NCBI RefSeq assembly: GCF_009914755.1
Contig: NC_060926.1
From: the human T2T-CHM13v2.0 reference genome, Homo sapiens
Direction: 5' to 3' (one strand)
Length of the DNA stretch: 64,000 bases
The first letter of the stretch is position 1. Each line of letters begins with the position of its first letter. Below, one piece after another: positions 29,366-43,519 of this stretch. A program made the translations under genes and the position numbers. The notes beneath the pieces were generated by a model. The model saw nothing but the letters and a program-made list of their open reading frames with translations. It was not told the DNA's origin and made no database searches.

Positions 29366-30214
29366 TACATTTCAGTGTTTATGGCTTTGATTTCCACATG
29401 TGCCACATTGGTTCACAAATGATGCTCAATCCTTTTTGTGGTATTCTTATGTAAAATACCTGTATTTGAAAAGACACAGTAAAGTACAAAGTAGAAGGGC
29501 CTTCTGATTTTTATTGTATTCTGGAAGTAATGCTCATCTAGCAGGAGAAAATGACATGATTTTTCAGCTTCAAGTTTTTAGACATATTTGTACAAATAAG
29601 ATAAATCAAAAAATTTCACCTTGCTATCAGTGTTAAATCACTAGACATTAAAAAAAAAACAAAAAAAAAACACTTGGAAGGTAGTTTTCCTAATTTGGTT
29701 TTACCACGGTCAAAACTTCATGTCTAATTGTAAAAATTGTTAAAGAACAGTTTTGATTTCACAATATTTGCACAGATTTGGGTATATAATAAGCATAATT
29801 TTGATGGTAAGCTTTTTAACTTTTATTAAGATTTTCACATTTTTGATAACTAAAACAGAATGATTTATTACACACATACATTATACATTATATACATTAT
29901 ATTTTTTAATTAGTAAAAATATTAAACAAGATTAGCTGTAATAATTTTTACTTATAATTTTATGAAGTCAAAGTATTATATTTTACTGTGGTTTTTAAAA
30001 TGTTCATGGGTTTCTCATATGAAAATTCCCAGTTTATGTTCTGAAAACCTGTCAATGAAGGTCAGAGGCCTAACATGAATTACATTATGCAGCAGATCTA
30101 CAATATTCTACTCATGGCTCAAGCTTCACTAATATTTAGTCCATATTCACTGACATATATTAAGACCAGAATTTTTTGTAGTCTGTGATTTAAACTCGGT
30201 TTGGTAAGAGAAAA

Positions 30215-30217
<3 letters not shown>

Positions 30218-30259
<42 letters not shown>

Positions 30260-30362
30260 TAGAGTGTATATATATATATTCTAGAGTATATATATATATA
30301 TTCTAGAGTGTATATATATATACACACATTCTAGAGTGTATATATATATATATATATATATG
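30218..30362. repeat. Compound (TA)n / TTCTAGAG(TG) repeat
   Basis: (TA) runs interrupted four times by ttctagag. Confidence 0.92.
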
Positions 30363-30525
30363 TCTTAATACTGGTTTTTTGGAACAAAAATATATTTATT
30401 GCAAGAGTTTTAGATTATTCACAAACCACTCTCTTTTCCCTAATATTGCCATTGTATCATAAAATATTACCTTCAAAGCAAGATTTGCAAAATAATCAAA
30501 TCCACAATGGTGGAGAGAACGTATA

Positions 30526-31795
30526 CATGGTATAAGAAAAATATTTGGTCTTTGTCCCTAGTTCCTGACATAGATAGCCTAAAGCCTTTGGAATTTCCTG
30601 AGTAATAAGGTAATAGGAGTGTCATTTGTTCTAATGAGATAGCCATTGACAGGTGCCTGTATAACTTTAGGATGGAACTGGTCTCCAGAAAGACCAAGCC
30701 TTGATTAGAAGCTTGGAACTTTAGGCTCTACCCAGTGACCTCTGGGCTGGAGATTGAGCTCTATTAAATTTCTTGAGCAGGAGATTCAGGAGCTTCTGTA
30801 TTGGCTAACACATCCACATGCCTGGAGGGTGACACACCCCAACTCCATAGACACAGAGGCTCCTGCTCTTAGGATCCTTCTAGACCTCACCCTACATACT
30901 TCTTTATTTGGTTGTTCATTTTCATTCTTTATAATAAACTGTAATAGTAGGCACAGCATTTTCTTGAGTTTTGTGAATCATCCTAGCAAATTATTGAACC
31001 TTGGGTGGTAGGGGAGGGACGTTGTGCAAACCCTGGTCTTTGTAGCCAAGTCAAATGGTAGTGTGGGTGTCAGAGGCGTTTGAACTAGAGCAAATCTTGA
31101 ATAGGGACTAGGTAAAATAAGGCTAAGACCTGCTGAGCAGCATTCCCAGTAAGCTAAGGCATTCTTAGTCACAAGATGAGATAGGAGGTTGGCACAAGAT
31201 ACAGGTCATAAGGACCTTGCTGATAAAACTGGCTGCAGTAAAGAAACGAACCCAAACACACCAAAACCAAGATGGTGATAAAAGTGACCTCTGGTCGTCC
31301 TCACTGCTATGCTCCCACCAGCGCCATGACAGCTTACAAATGCCATGGCAATGTCAGGAAGTTACCCTATATGGTCTAAAACGGGGAGACATGAATAATC
31401 CACCTCTTGTTTAAAAAATAATTCAGAAATAACCATAAAAATGGGTAACCAGCAGCCCTTGGTGGGGCTATACCTATGGAGGAGCCATTCTTCCTTTACT
31501 TTCTTAATAAACTTGCTTTCACTTTACTCTATGGACTCATCTCAAATTCTTTCTTGCATGAGATCCAAGAACCCTCTCTTGGGGTCTGGATCGGGACCCC
31601 ATTCCAGTAACATGGGTAACCTGGGGACCCATACTTGTAACTGGTGTCTGAAGTGAAGGCAGTTTTGTGGGGCTGAGCACTTGAAATTGGATTCTGACAT
31701 TAACTCCTGGTAGTTAGTGTCAAAATTGAATTGAATTCTAGGATACCCAGTTAGTGTCAGATTATTGGAGAATTAGTTGATGAAAAAAAACCTCT
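30526..31795 (+). mobile_element. MER21-type LTR, interrupted by MER41
   Basis: 'aagaaaaatatttggtctttgtccctagttcctgac...tttggaatttcctgag', resumes 'gggtaacctggggaccc...gaattgaattctaggatacccagttagtgtcag'. Confidence 0.7.
31068..31612 (+). mobile_element. MER41A-like ERV1 solo LTR
   Basis: tgtcagaggcgtttgaac...gggtctggatcgggacccc..cagtaaca, 545 bp, perfect 4-bp TSD tggg. Confidence 0.9.
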
Positions 31796-32303
31796 CAATA
31801 TACAAGACTCCCTTCTTCTGACAAATTACTAGAAACACTAAAGAAATAAATAAACATCCATGGAGGAATAACAAGAAAGTTGTCTTTGGTGAACTAAAAA
31901 TTACAGCAAATTTCTAAAGACAAAAAGTAGATGGTGTTGGATTCATAAAGTAATTCATTCTCTAAAATATGCACATTCCAGAAACTGTTTTAAACAGTTT
32001 AAGAAATTGTTTAAACAGTTGTAGTGCTCAATAACCAGAGGTGGGGTTTTCAGAGGGTGTGAGAAACCAGCTCCTTAGAACAAACATGCGCAGTATGGTT
32101 GAGCACATCAAATTTACAATACCTGCTCAGTTCACCAATTTTCTTCAACTCCAACTTTTCTCCTAGGTGGTATCTAGAGATACACTAAGTGTAAATGCAT
32201 GGCTTGACGGAAGAGCCATGCTTGTTTCCATTCATAAATATTATTTACCTTGGTCTCAACTTTTAAAAATATACAATATCTGACATTGAATTAAAAATTA
32301 TCA

Positions 32304-32317
32304 GACACACACACACG

Positions 32318-32348
<31 letters not shown>

Positions 32349-32349
32349 C
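32304..32349. repeat. (CA)n(GA)n microsatellite within an L1M-like fragment
   Basis: Direct reading. Confidence 0.8.
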
Positions 32350-33711
32350 ACAAGAAAAATACCTTATGTTAAGAAAGTAAAACCAGACCCACAGATGGTC
32401 CAGTTGTTGGAAACTGTCTATGTTAATATGTTAAGAAATTTAGTAGAAAAGGGGGCACATGCATGGAAAGATAAACAAATTTTGAAGGAGCTGGAAACTA
32501 TAAAAAAAGACAGGTGAAATGCTTGAAATGAGAAATACAGTATCAGAGATACTTAAGCCTTAATCAAAGTATATGGTAAATTGCTGAATGTGATTCACAA
32601 ACAACTAAATTGGTGAAAATCAAACTTTTTTATTACGAACTTTTTTTTATGATGCCAGGCTTTTAATATACACATTTGCACATTTCAACAAGAGAGAAAA
32701 CGTAAAAGCTAAGTGAGTACCGATTTTACAAGGTTAGTTGCTAAGAAATATTCTGTCTTCCAAACTTCTGACTCAAATGCCAGGTGCGTGAATTCCTCTT
32801 TTCTATGTATCATACCCAAAGTCACTCTGCCAGGTTTTAAACATTACTTTCCTATTGTGTTCTGAAATATGAAACCATAGCCAGCTTTGCAGAGCATACC
32901 AAATGTGAAGTCAAGCGAGTCTTTGTTTGACATCCAGTTTGTCTGGCATCTGACATTAGCATTGCTAAGTACCTAATTGCTAAGTGCTACCGATTCAGAT
33001 ACTGTACATCATTCATGGAGTCTGGCAACTATTTTATTGTAAAGGAAGGTAATAAAAAATATTTCATGAATATAAGGTATAATGAAACACACATTTGGCT
33101 ATTTAAATGAACTGGTTTCAGATATATACACATACATATATTTGCACATATAGATATAAATGTTAGTAAATAAACTATAGGAAATGAAAGTTGTTAAATA
33201 TTGAAGTAGTTTAATAATGATAATATTGGAATTATTTTTAGATCTTTTAAATGTAAATTTTTAAAGTACTTAGGCTGGATTTGTTCAATTTTGCCTGAAG
33301 AAAAGAGCTAGGGTTAGATATTTTCTCAGTCATTTAATAGTTTAATAATAAAGAAAATACTATGCACAGAAGAAATTCACAAAGGAAAGAGAAAAGTATA
33401 ACATGATATTACAGAATAAAATGTAAAATGAAACTCTTAAAAATATGTAATATACATAGTGAGACTAATTTGGTAAAATACTCTACATGCATGGACCAGT
33501 GTGTACAGTAAGTTGTATATGCAGTATAATTCTCAAGGCTTCAAGGTTTAAGGATGAGAGCATGTGCTGTGAAGCTTGCCTGAAAAGATTCTGTGGGGAG
33601 AGGTGAAACGAGATTGGCAAGTAGTGATAGGCCATTGTTCAGTGAAAAAGACCAGTCTGCACAGAGTGAGTGTGAATTGGGGCCCATAGGAGGGTTTACT
33701 TGACCATGTCA

Positions 33712-34088
<377 letters not shown>

Positions 34089-34449
34089 ATTGGGATAAAG
34101 TACTTGAAACAATAAGCATCTGGAATCCACTTTACATTTCTGAGCTTTGCAGTGAAGTGGCTAAAATGACATTTGAGTAGGATCCTTCAATATGTGTCTT
34201 TCCATCTTCAATATTCTGTTCATCTCTAGGATTTCTATATTGAGTGGTTGTTTTTCTCTACTAACACCCCTGACAGAATGAATCCATCTGATTGTTTAAA
34301 AATCATTACTTTTAAAGGTAGAGTTGAAAAATTACTGGGTCAATTTTGCCATAAACTTGTTTGTTGTGCTTCCATTTTTAATTATAAAGACAAAGTTTAA
34401 GATCTAAATCTGGGAGACAGTGATGATATTGTGCCAGTGTTTATTGAAA

Positions 34450-34645
34450 AAGGAAGACAGAGAGACAGAGAAATGGAGATAAGAAGGGAGAGAGGAAGGA
34501 AAGAGGGAGGGAGGGATGGAGGAAAAAAGGAATGAAAGAAGGAAGGGAGGAAGAAAGGAAGGGAGGGAGGGAGGAAGGAGGAAGGAAGGAAAGAAGGAAG
34601 GAAGGAAAGAAGGAAGGAAGGGAGAGAGGGAGGGAAAAGAGAAAT
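34450..34645. repeat. Polypurine (GGAA/GGAG)n low-complexity tract
   Basis: About 190 bp almost free of pyrimidines on the + strand. Confidence 0.9.
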
Positions 34646-35849
34646 AGAAATTGGTGAAAATCATCAACTGCATGACTTGGAAGTGGACTGAGACATGTGC
34701 TTTGCCATGTGTAATTTTCCTCAATCTTAGTGCACTCTTGGGGATGAAGTTTAGGTTTAATGTGTTTTAGAATTAAAAAGATGAGCTAAACAACCTTTCG
34801 GTATTCTTTGCATTCTATGATAGCTTGTGCTTTCATCTGCACTATTCTTTAAGGAAAATTACAGCAGGTGAAAAGAGGGTATACACATTCTAATAACTAC
34901 ATATTTTGAGATCTTGATTTGTCCATCTTCACATACATAAGAACACACCTAAGAAATATAATTATATTTTAATCACCCTCCAAAATAGCTATTTGTTTAT
35001 ACAAAAAAAACCCATGAGGGTTAGTGCAATTAATTGCATCTTCATTGTCAACGTACTTGCCACACAATGTGTATGTTTTCCGAAGATGGGAAAATAGGAT
35101 TTCTTTTGAAAACTTTACCCTGTGTTCTCAAGGGTATATTTGGGCAAAGGTAAATGTCATAACCCAAAGGTCTCCAACAAAAGTATGCACTGCCTAGAGA
35201 CACCATCACTGAAGAAATATGGCACTATGGACTGCCAAGAAAAAATTCAGCGTCCAAATCTGAGTGAGGATTTTTGTATTTCATTGTGTATGACACTTGC
35301 CCATCAGAGGCTCTCACTGCATGCATACATTTCACTATGAAAACAAACTCTTATTCTTCTTATCTGCTACTTCCTTCTGAAAACAAAAGAATAAAGAATT
35401 AACTACTAGAATAAAATTAATAAATCTTGTACAGGTACTTAACTATTCCTATTTATTCATTGATTCAGCAATTGTTTACAGAGAAAAAATGCAAAAGTAG
35501 AGGTTATGAAACTGCAATGAATTTTAAGACCCCAAAGTTAAAATATAGGTTGAAAGATAAGACACATAAGGAAATTTGAAAGGCAAATAAAGTAGAAATT
35601 TCTATATTACATTGATTTTATTTTTCATATCATTGCTTAAACTGAATAAAGAATCGGCAAGATTTTAACAAGTGTATATTAGGTTAATTAATGCTAGCTG
35701 ATACAACAAACAGCTCCCACCAAATCTCAATGACTTAACAAAATAAAAATTTTTACTCATTTCACAGTCCCATGCAGGCCAGGCAGGTCTGATTGACAGG
35801 TTTTACTAAAATAATAGGTGGAAATAATAAAATACAGCATTAACTCTCT

Positions 35850-37115
35850 CTTTAGCATGGTCACATGGCAAAAACTCTAACCTTGATTAAATTGAATTAT
35901 TTGCCCATTAATATTTCCTGGCAACCATGCTACACTTTTCTACTGACTTTCCCAAATAATTATTTTTACACTTCCTTTTCTTTCCTCAAATCTCTGATAT
36001 ATTTTTTACCTATTTTTATTATCAGCCAATGACCTGGTTATTATTTGACCAAAGAAATTTAAACCATCAGAAGATAATTTCTCTAGCTTCCAGCACCTCA
36101 GTTACCCACCTATAGCATCTATATCCATATACTCTGCCCTTCTCCCTTACTGTGGAGGCTGTTCATGTTCCAATCTAAGGCCAATTCCTCAGTTCTATCT
36201 CAGAACTTCTCTACTCCTGAAGGATACTGCCCAGCAATTCCAGCAATTTTTCTCTTTCTCTTCTCCTATTTCCTCCTATCCAGTGGAAGACAGCTATCAG
36301 AAACATGCTTTTATTTCTCTCATTTTAAAAAATCTTCTTCCAACCCCAATTATGTCTTCACTTATTATTTCTTTTCCCCTTATTATTAAAAATTCCTCAA
36401 ATCAGTGTGCAAACTCACTGTTTCCAGTTCTTCTCTTGTACTGTTTGCTTAAACCATGCTAAGCGAGTCTTGTCTACACCAATTGCCCATTCATGGTTAA
36501 TCTAATGATGAATTCTTACTTCTTACTTCATTTATCAGTGGCATTTAACCCAGTTAATCACACTCTCATTTTTGAAACACCTTTTTCAAACATTTTTCTG
36601 GACAGTATGATCGTGTTGCTACTCTGCCCCAAGCCCAGTCAATAGCTTTCCACTTCACTTAGATCAAAAGCCAACTTCTCAAAGGAACTTACATAATCTG
36701 ATCTAAGAACTCTCTGCCCTCCTGTTCTCCTCTTCTCTCCTTCTCTCCCTTGATTTTGCCCACACTGAAATCTCTGCTGTTTCTTGAATACATCCACCAT
36801 ATTCTCTTGCATCTAGGTGGAAATTTCTGCTCCCAAAGAACTCATTTCTCATTCCCATGCTCCCTCAGTTTAAATTCACTTGCTTAGTGAGACCTTTCTT
36901 GACCAAATTAACACATTTTCAAAAATGCCTGTATTGCTTTCTTCCATAGCTGCTGTTTTCTCAAATACTATATACTTTACAAACTATTACTCTTATATAA
37001 CTGTCCACTCTCACTAAAATATGAGCTCTCATAGGCTGATACTTTGGTCTATTGTTTCCACTTCTCTATCTCCAAATCCTAGAGCAGTCTGAGGCTCAAC
37101 ATATGTTTATTGCAT
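35850..37115 (+). mobile_element. L2a-like LINE 3' region
   Basis: 'ccacactgaaatctctgctgtttcttgaatac', 'ctaaaatatgagctctcatagg...cctagagcagtctgaggctcaacatatgtttattg'. Confidence 0.65.
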
Positions 37116-38763
37116 GTAGGAGATAACACTGTTTGGAAAGGCTGAATGTCAGGTTTTTCCCACAAAAGCTTTCAAGCAAGGGAGTGGCATGGTCCAAGTG
37201 CCAAGCTAGGAAGAATGAAGACATGCTGGTGGGCAGAATCACTGAAAGAGGAGAAAGGTAGAGTCATGGAGAATAATTGTAATTATTAAAATTGCCCAAG
37301 CACAAAGCAATACAAAATAGCCCTAAAGCCTATCTTAATGTATCGTCTGTTGGAAAGGTAAGGAAATCAAAAAGGCAAAGGACATTGTGAACAAAATCAA
37401 GTAAGATTAGGCAACTCTGTGTATGGGGTACAAAGTAGAAAAAAACTTTGGAGACAAAATAAACAGTAGAAAATAAGTCAGGAAGAGGAATGGTATTGAT
37501 GTCAATGAATGGAAAGAATGAAGAGAATAAAAATAATAATATGCTTATTTTTGGTGAAAAAAGATCTACTCTGAGCTATCTAGTATGCTGGCCTTAGTTG
37601 TGGGAGGGGAGACAAAAAGAAAAAGCAGGACTGGAAATCAAGACATTTAGCGGTTTCCTTGCTTAACGTAGTGAGTATACTATTTAGTCATTACCCGGGT
37701 CGCAAAAAATTGGATATTTATTTTCCTACAAATCTAAGTTAGCTTGTCAGCTTCCAGTTGTGTTCAGAAAAATCTCAGTTTTCTGTGACCCGCACTGGAG
37801 CAAATTAAAAAAATTAAAATCCCTGAAACATGTATTTGGATGTTCACAGATATATTACAAATACATACATACATAAACATATACTACATATGTATAGTGT
37901 GAGAGGACAAGCCTCTTTCTCAACATCCCTGCAGGTGCTTAACAGGTTTTTATTTACCTGGTCACTTCTGATCTGTTTTCCTTTTCCTACTTTATTCTTG
38001 ATTCCACAGTTTATCTTACCCCTCTGTGGCCATTTATCTTCCTCTGCCCTATATTACTCATCTAAAGGTGAAATATTACCCTTCCTTTTCTATCCCCAGC
38101 AACGCAAATAACTGAATGACATGTTAACAGCTGTTTTAGTAAGTTTGGTGCTACCTCAATGAATATGAAGGGGAGGAGAATATCAGCACTGTATGGAGCA
38201 GGAAACAATTTAAGATTAAATATTAGAGGTCAATGTCTTAAATGCATATTAGCCATTTTCCACTATAAAGAATTTCTCACTTGCCTTGTCCTCCTAGGCC
38301 TTGGTTTACTGCCTTTTTCCCCAACTTTTACCACAGTGACTTTTCTCTTCCTTCTTTCAAATTCTCTCTGAATCTCAGAGTTCCCAAATTCTTATCTAAC
38401 CTACTCCCAAGTGGAAACTAAAATTCCTATTTCCTCTCCCTCTCGTCCGCTTCCCCCATTTTCCTCTCTTTTCCTCTCCTTTTTCTTCTCCTCCTTCTCC
38501 TTCTTCTTTCCTTTTTTTTTTTTACAAGACTTAATTCCCCTTACATAAAACTTTTCAACTAGGCTCTCTATGCCTAAGAATAGAGTTCTTCAGTTTTATA
38601 AGTAAAAACCATTATGATGTTTTCCTGAAAAAAAAATGGGTAATTTCCATGAGTAGAATTCTACCTTATTTTTAGATCAAAACTCCACCAGTTTAGTCAA
38701 CTTTTAAATTAACTATTTTACCTTCATCATAGATACATAGATAGATGATGGAAAGAAATAGAT

Positions 38764-38765
<2 letters not shown>

Positions 38766-38805
<40 letters not shown>
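38766..38805. repeat. (AC)20 microsatellite
   Basis: Direct reading. Confidence 0.95.
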
Positions 38806-38808
<3 letters not shown>

Positions 38809-40959
38809 TTTTATTTTCTCTGTATCTGTGCCTAGCTTGGGGAAGGAGGAATCAAGGTATGGTTCCCTTGGGGCGTGATGTTGAAAGTGATTCCTGAAGG
38901 ATGAGAAGGAGTTTGAGGAGGGTAGCTGAATCCCTTGGAGTGGTTGAGGTTTTCAAAAAATAAATTCCTGTTAAGTGAAGAGCTAGGGTTAAAAATTGAA
39001 TTCCTGTCATCTAAAACTGGTCAAAGATTCCTGAGTTTGGAAAATTACTATTATTTATTGGAATTGTAATGGCATGTAAAGATTTTTCTGAAAATATCTT
39101 AAAACAACAAAGAATAATAAATATATTTTGGCACTCAGAATTATGAAAATATGTAGGCTCTGTTGTTATAAAAGAATTTAGTAGAGAGGTTGCAGAACTA
39201 ATTTGGCCTTGTCTGAACATAGCTGCGAAATGTCAGGGTTTCAGGAATATCGATTTTATACTGTGTGCTATGAAAAAGGGATAAGTCATCACACAGTGAG
39301 GAGTAACATCTATTCTGTTGAAATCTTATGCTTACTTACAATCAGTTCAACACATATTTTAAAGCACATTATGCAATACATTAAAAATAATGATTTTGAG
39401 ACAAATTAAGCCATAACAAACTCAAATCAGTTTGCCCACACCGTTAATATGTTGATTAATGTCCTGTTAAGACTCACTCATTTTTATCTCATTAGTCAAC
39501 CCAGTGTTTTCCCACAGCTATTGAATAAAAATGTAATTATTGCTCTAAATTATGTTATTATTAACTTTCACATGGTTTTTCTTGATAAACAGCAACACAA
39601 AGGACCATGAGGACCAAGTAAGTCAGAATAAAAACCATCTAAGTACATGGATCTATTTGCTATTATGTGTTTCAACTATACTCAGTGCTGAAAAGAAGAA
39701 GGATAGTGTTTTTTTCTTACACAATTACAATCAAGGGAGTGTAATATTAAGAGTTTTAAAAATTGATGTTACAAAGCCTGCATTTGTCAAATAAAATGCA
39801 GGTGATAATCATTCCAAATTTGAATTTTGTTCTAAAAATCTGTGACTCTAGGAGAGTTCTCTTCTCACATGCACATATTTATGGATTCTTGACAGAGTGA
39901 TCAACACAAAGGTCACTCACCCCAATATTGCCATATTTTCTTCTAATATCTAAAGTTTCAAAAGGAGCATTTCTTGGTGACCTTTACCTAAAACAAACAT
40001 GACTTCAGAAACAGAGCTCTGGGATCAGATTCACACCTGTGTACTTAAATGGAATACTTTCTCCTTATATCTTGTTAGAGATATTATACAATGCAGAATC
40101 ACAAAGCATTTTGGAATTTTTTAAAGATAATATATCAATCTTCTGCTTGAGTTTTATAACTAAGATGGACCTTTTCAGAGTTATGCTTTTGACATTATTG
40201 TTATGCAAAATGGCAGTTTCATGCATTAATCCCCACAAGAACACTGTTACCCAGTAATGTTATCACACTCAATAAAAGAGATTGTACCAGAGTTTGATGG
40301 CTGCAGGTTTTTTTGTTGCTTGATTATTAAAAAGGATAAAGTGTTAAAGCATTTCCATTTATATAGAAATGACTGTATTTTAAGCAATTCTAATAATATG
40401 CCAAGAAGCTAATAATCTGGTAAATAAGCATCAATGCAGATTCCATAGCAGGTGAGGCTCAAGACCAGAAGGATAGCTGAGTTTAACTATGAAAAAGTCT
40501 GTGAACTAGGTAACAAAAGCAGTATCCAGAGATTCAGAAAAGCACTATTGGCAAGAGTGCCAAAGATGTAGAATGAGGTCAGCAAAATGGGGATGGAATT
40601 ATAATTATAGAAGGGGTACCTTAAACAATCTCTTTTGATGCAAGGCGCAGAGAAGTTATGTGACTTGGACAAGATCATATAATGAGGTAGTGGGAGAGCC
40701 TTTTCTAAAGAACCTGTTCCTCAGCCTCATGTATAGGAGGCCCACTACAGCAATCAGAACTTAGTGATAAAGACAAAGATTCAAGATCAAGTAAATAACA
40801 AAAGACATAGCAAAAGAGATAAAAACAAATATATTCCTTGGTGCTTTGGGTTATAGTAGTGTAACTATAAGCCATGCCCCAGGCCTACTTTTTTGTCATA
40901 ATTATTAATAGTTCTTCTTTTGTTTTCAAAATTTTTCTGAGTCAGATAAGAAACTACAT

Positions 40960-41340
40960 CGTCACTGAGTTATCATGAAAATAGCATGGAAACTAGCGAA
41001 TTCGTTCTACCTCAGGCATTTATTAGCTATATGATCTTGTCTAAGAAAAATGAACTCTATTCTATAAAATGGTGATAGAGTTTGTATTTATTCATCACTT
41101 AGGTACTACTCTTTTAATCACATCACATGTTGTAAATCATTCATTTCTCATGACAATTTTGTAAGGTGAGTATTGTTTCATTCCCTTTTGCAGAGAGGTT
41201 TAGTTGCCAAACTGGGATTCAAACTTAAGAAGATTGGCAGGCTAGAGCTCACCTCTCAACTACTATACAGTACAACCTCCCTGGATAATACTATCTGTTC
41301 TACAATATTGTAAGGTTGATATAAGAGTAAGAGATATCAT
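40960..41340. mobile_element. MIR fragments in both orientations
   Basis: 'tattagctatatgatcttg...ctataaaatggtgata' (+) and 'tcattcatttctcatgacaattttgtaaggtgagtattg...ctgggattcaaact' (-). Confidence 0.5.
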
Positions 41341-43035
41341 GTATAGAAAAGAACTCTAAACTAAAAAGGGTCAAATTTAGGTTAATGATATTTTGTTTTT
41401 CTGGTATGAAATTTAATCCACAAATTTTAGTGTGTAAGAAAAGTAACTTCAAATATTTCTATGACAAATTAATATCTGCTTTGAACTCCCATTTCCCCTG
41501 GCTTTATATACACGTTTTTGGGAACTTACATAGTGCCATAACCTTAGGAAGTTAAAGTTGTATCTGGCCTTTGGTGTCCACAATCCACACTGACATCCAC
41601 TAAGGTGACTGTTACTCCATCTACTTCTCATAGTTTTAGGTCATTGCTTCTCAGGCCCAAAGACCCTTCTACTACCTCAGTGCTTCTAGTGTATGGAGTG
41701 ATTCTGTAGACCTCATGCCTATCTAGACAAGGAAGCTATGGAGCTGTCTCAGCCATCACATGGTCATTCTTACACTGGGATCTTGCCATCTTTTCTAGAT
41801 TTTCATAGAGGATAAAATCATATTTCCATCTGCTTTGAGATTCCCAAGCACTTCTGGACTTTCTGTTATTCCCTCCCTCCACCCTAACAGGGCATGATCC
41901 CTGGGGATAAGAGTAGATAAGAAGCCTCCATTATCAGGAATCCTGAAATATCAAGGACTTCTTGATTCCCTCGAACTCTACTCCTCTCCATTCAATCTTT
42001 TCTAATCTTGAGTCAAGAAGTGTTTCTTGTAAATCATCATATTCTTCCAAATGCACTGTCTTCTTCAAAGTCCTCTCCACTTTTCTGAGAACATAAACTT
42101 TTAAAACAAAAAATTTCTTCATCTCTAATCCTTTCCTGAGTCAGTGAGCATGAAATTGGCCAGCAAGTCATTCAGAGATAAAAACCACAACAGTAAATAC
42201 TTTTTAACAAGTATCCAGCTATAATTGTTTGGAAAGGCTGTAGTTTCTTTTCTAAACTGCACGGTGTTAGAAATTTACCAAAGCATCAGCACCTCCAATA
42301 GTTGGGAAAAGTAGCTTCAGGGAAATATCAAAATACTTTCAAGTAAGATTTTGGCACGTGAAAGTTAAGTAGGTTGATTGTGTTTGGAGTCAATTATGTC
42401 AATTAAACAACTTCAAATTTCTGTACTATTAAATGAGTTTTAATGAGGTCTTTGTCTTCCCCCGCTCCCCACCCCCACAAAAATTCCAAAAAGTTGTCTT
42501 GTAAACAGTGTGTTTAATCACTTGTAGAAGTTAAAAAATTTGGAGAACAGGTGAAAGAATATGAATAAAGTGAAAACAGTTCTTCCCTGAAAAAACGAAA
42601 GTATAACTCAAAACTCAACATGTTATGTCTAATTAATAGTGAAGAACCTATACATACAAAATATAATATAATAAAAACAAACCTGCTTTTCAAATCCCTT
42701 AAATGTGATAGAATTTTATTATCTCATGATACTTTAGAGTCACATTTAAGGGATGTAAAAGTTTTGGTTGAAACTTGCATTTTAAGTCAATAAAAAAGAT
42801 TAGACTTTTATGTGAATCAAAAGGAGAAGATTAGTTGTTTGATAAGTAAGTATATTATTAAAAATAAGTCTATATATTCAGTTGGTATTCAATGAGCCAA
42901 ATTATAAATTTAAGTGAGCTAAATTATGTCTGTGGTTACTGGGCCCAAATATAATTTCATCACAATATAGTTGATCACATTAGTAATTTACATGGTTACT
43001 CAACTCCTTTTTTCTGAGTTAGCCATAAATTGTCA

Positions 43036-43519
<484 letters not shown>

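Noticed and set aside
41934-42122. 62-aa charged minus-strand ORF
   Set aside because: No convincing splice signals or homology; length is within chance expectation
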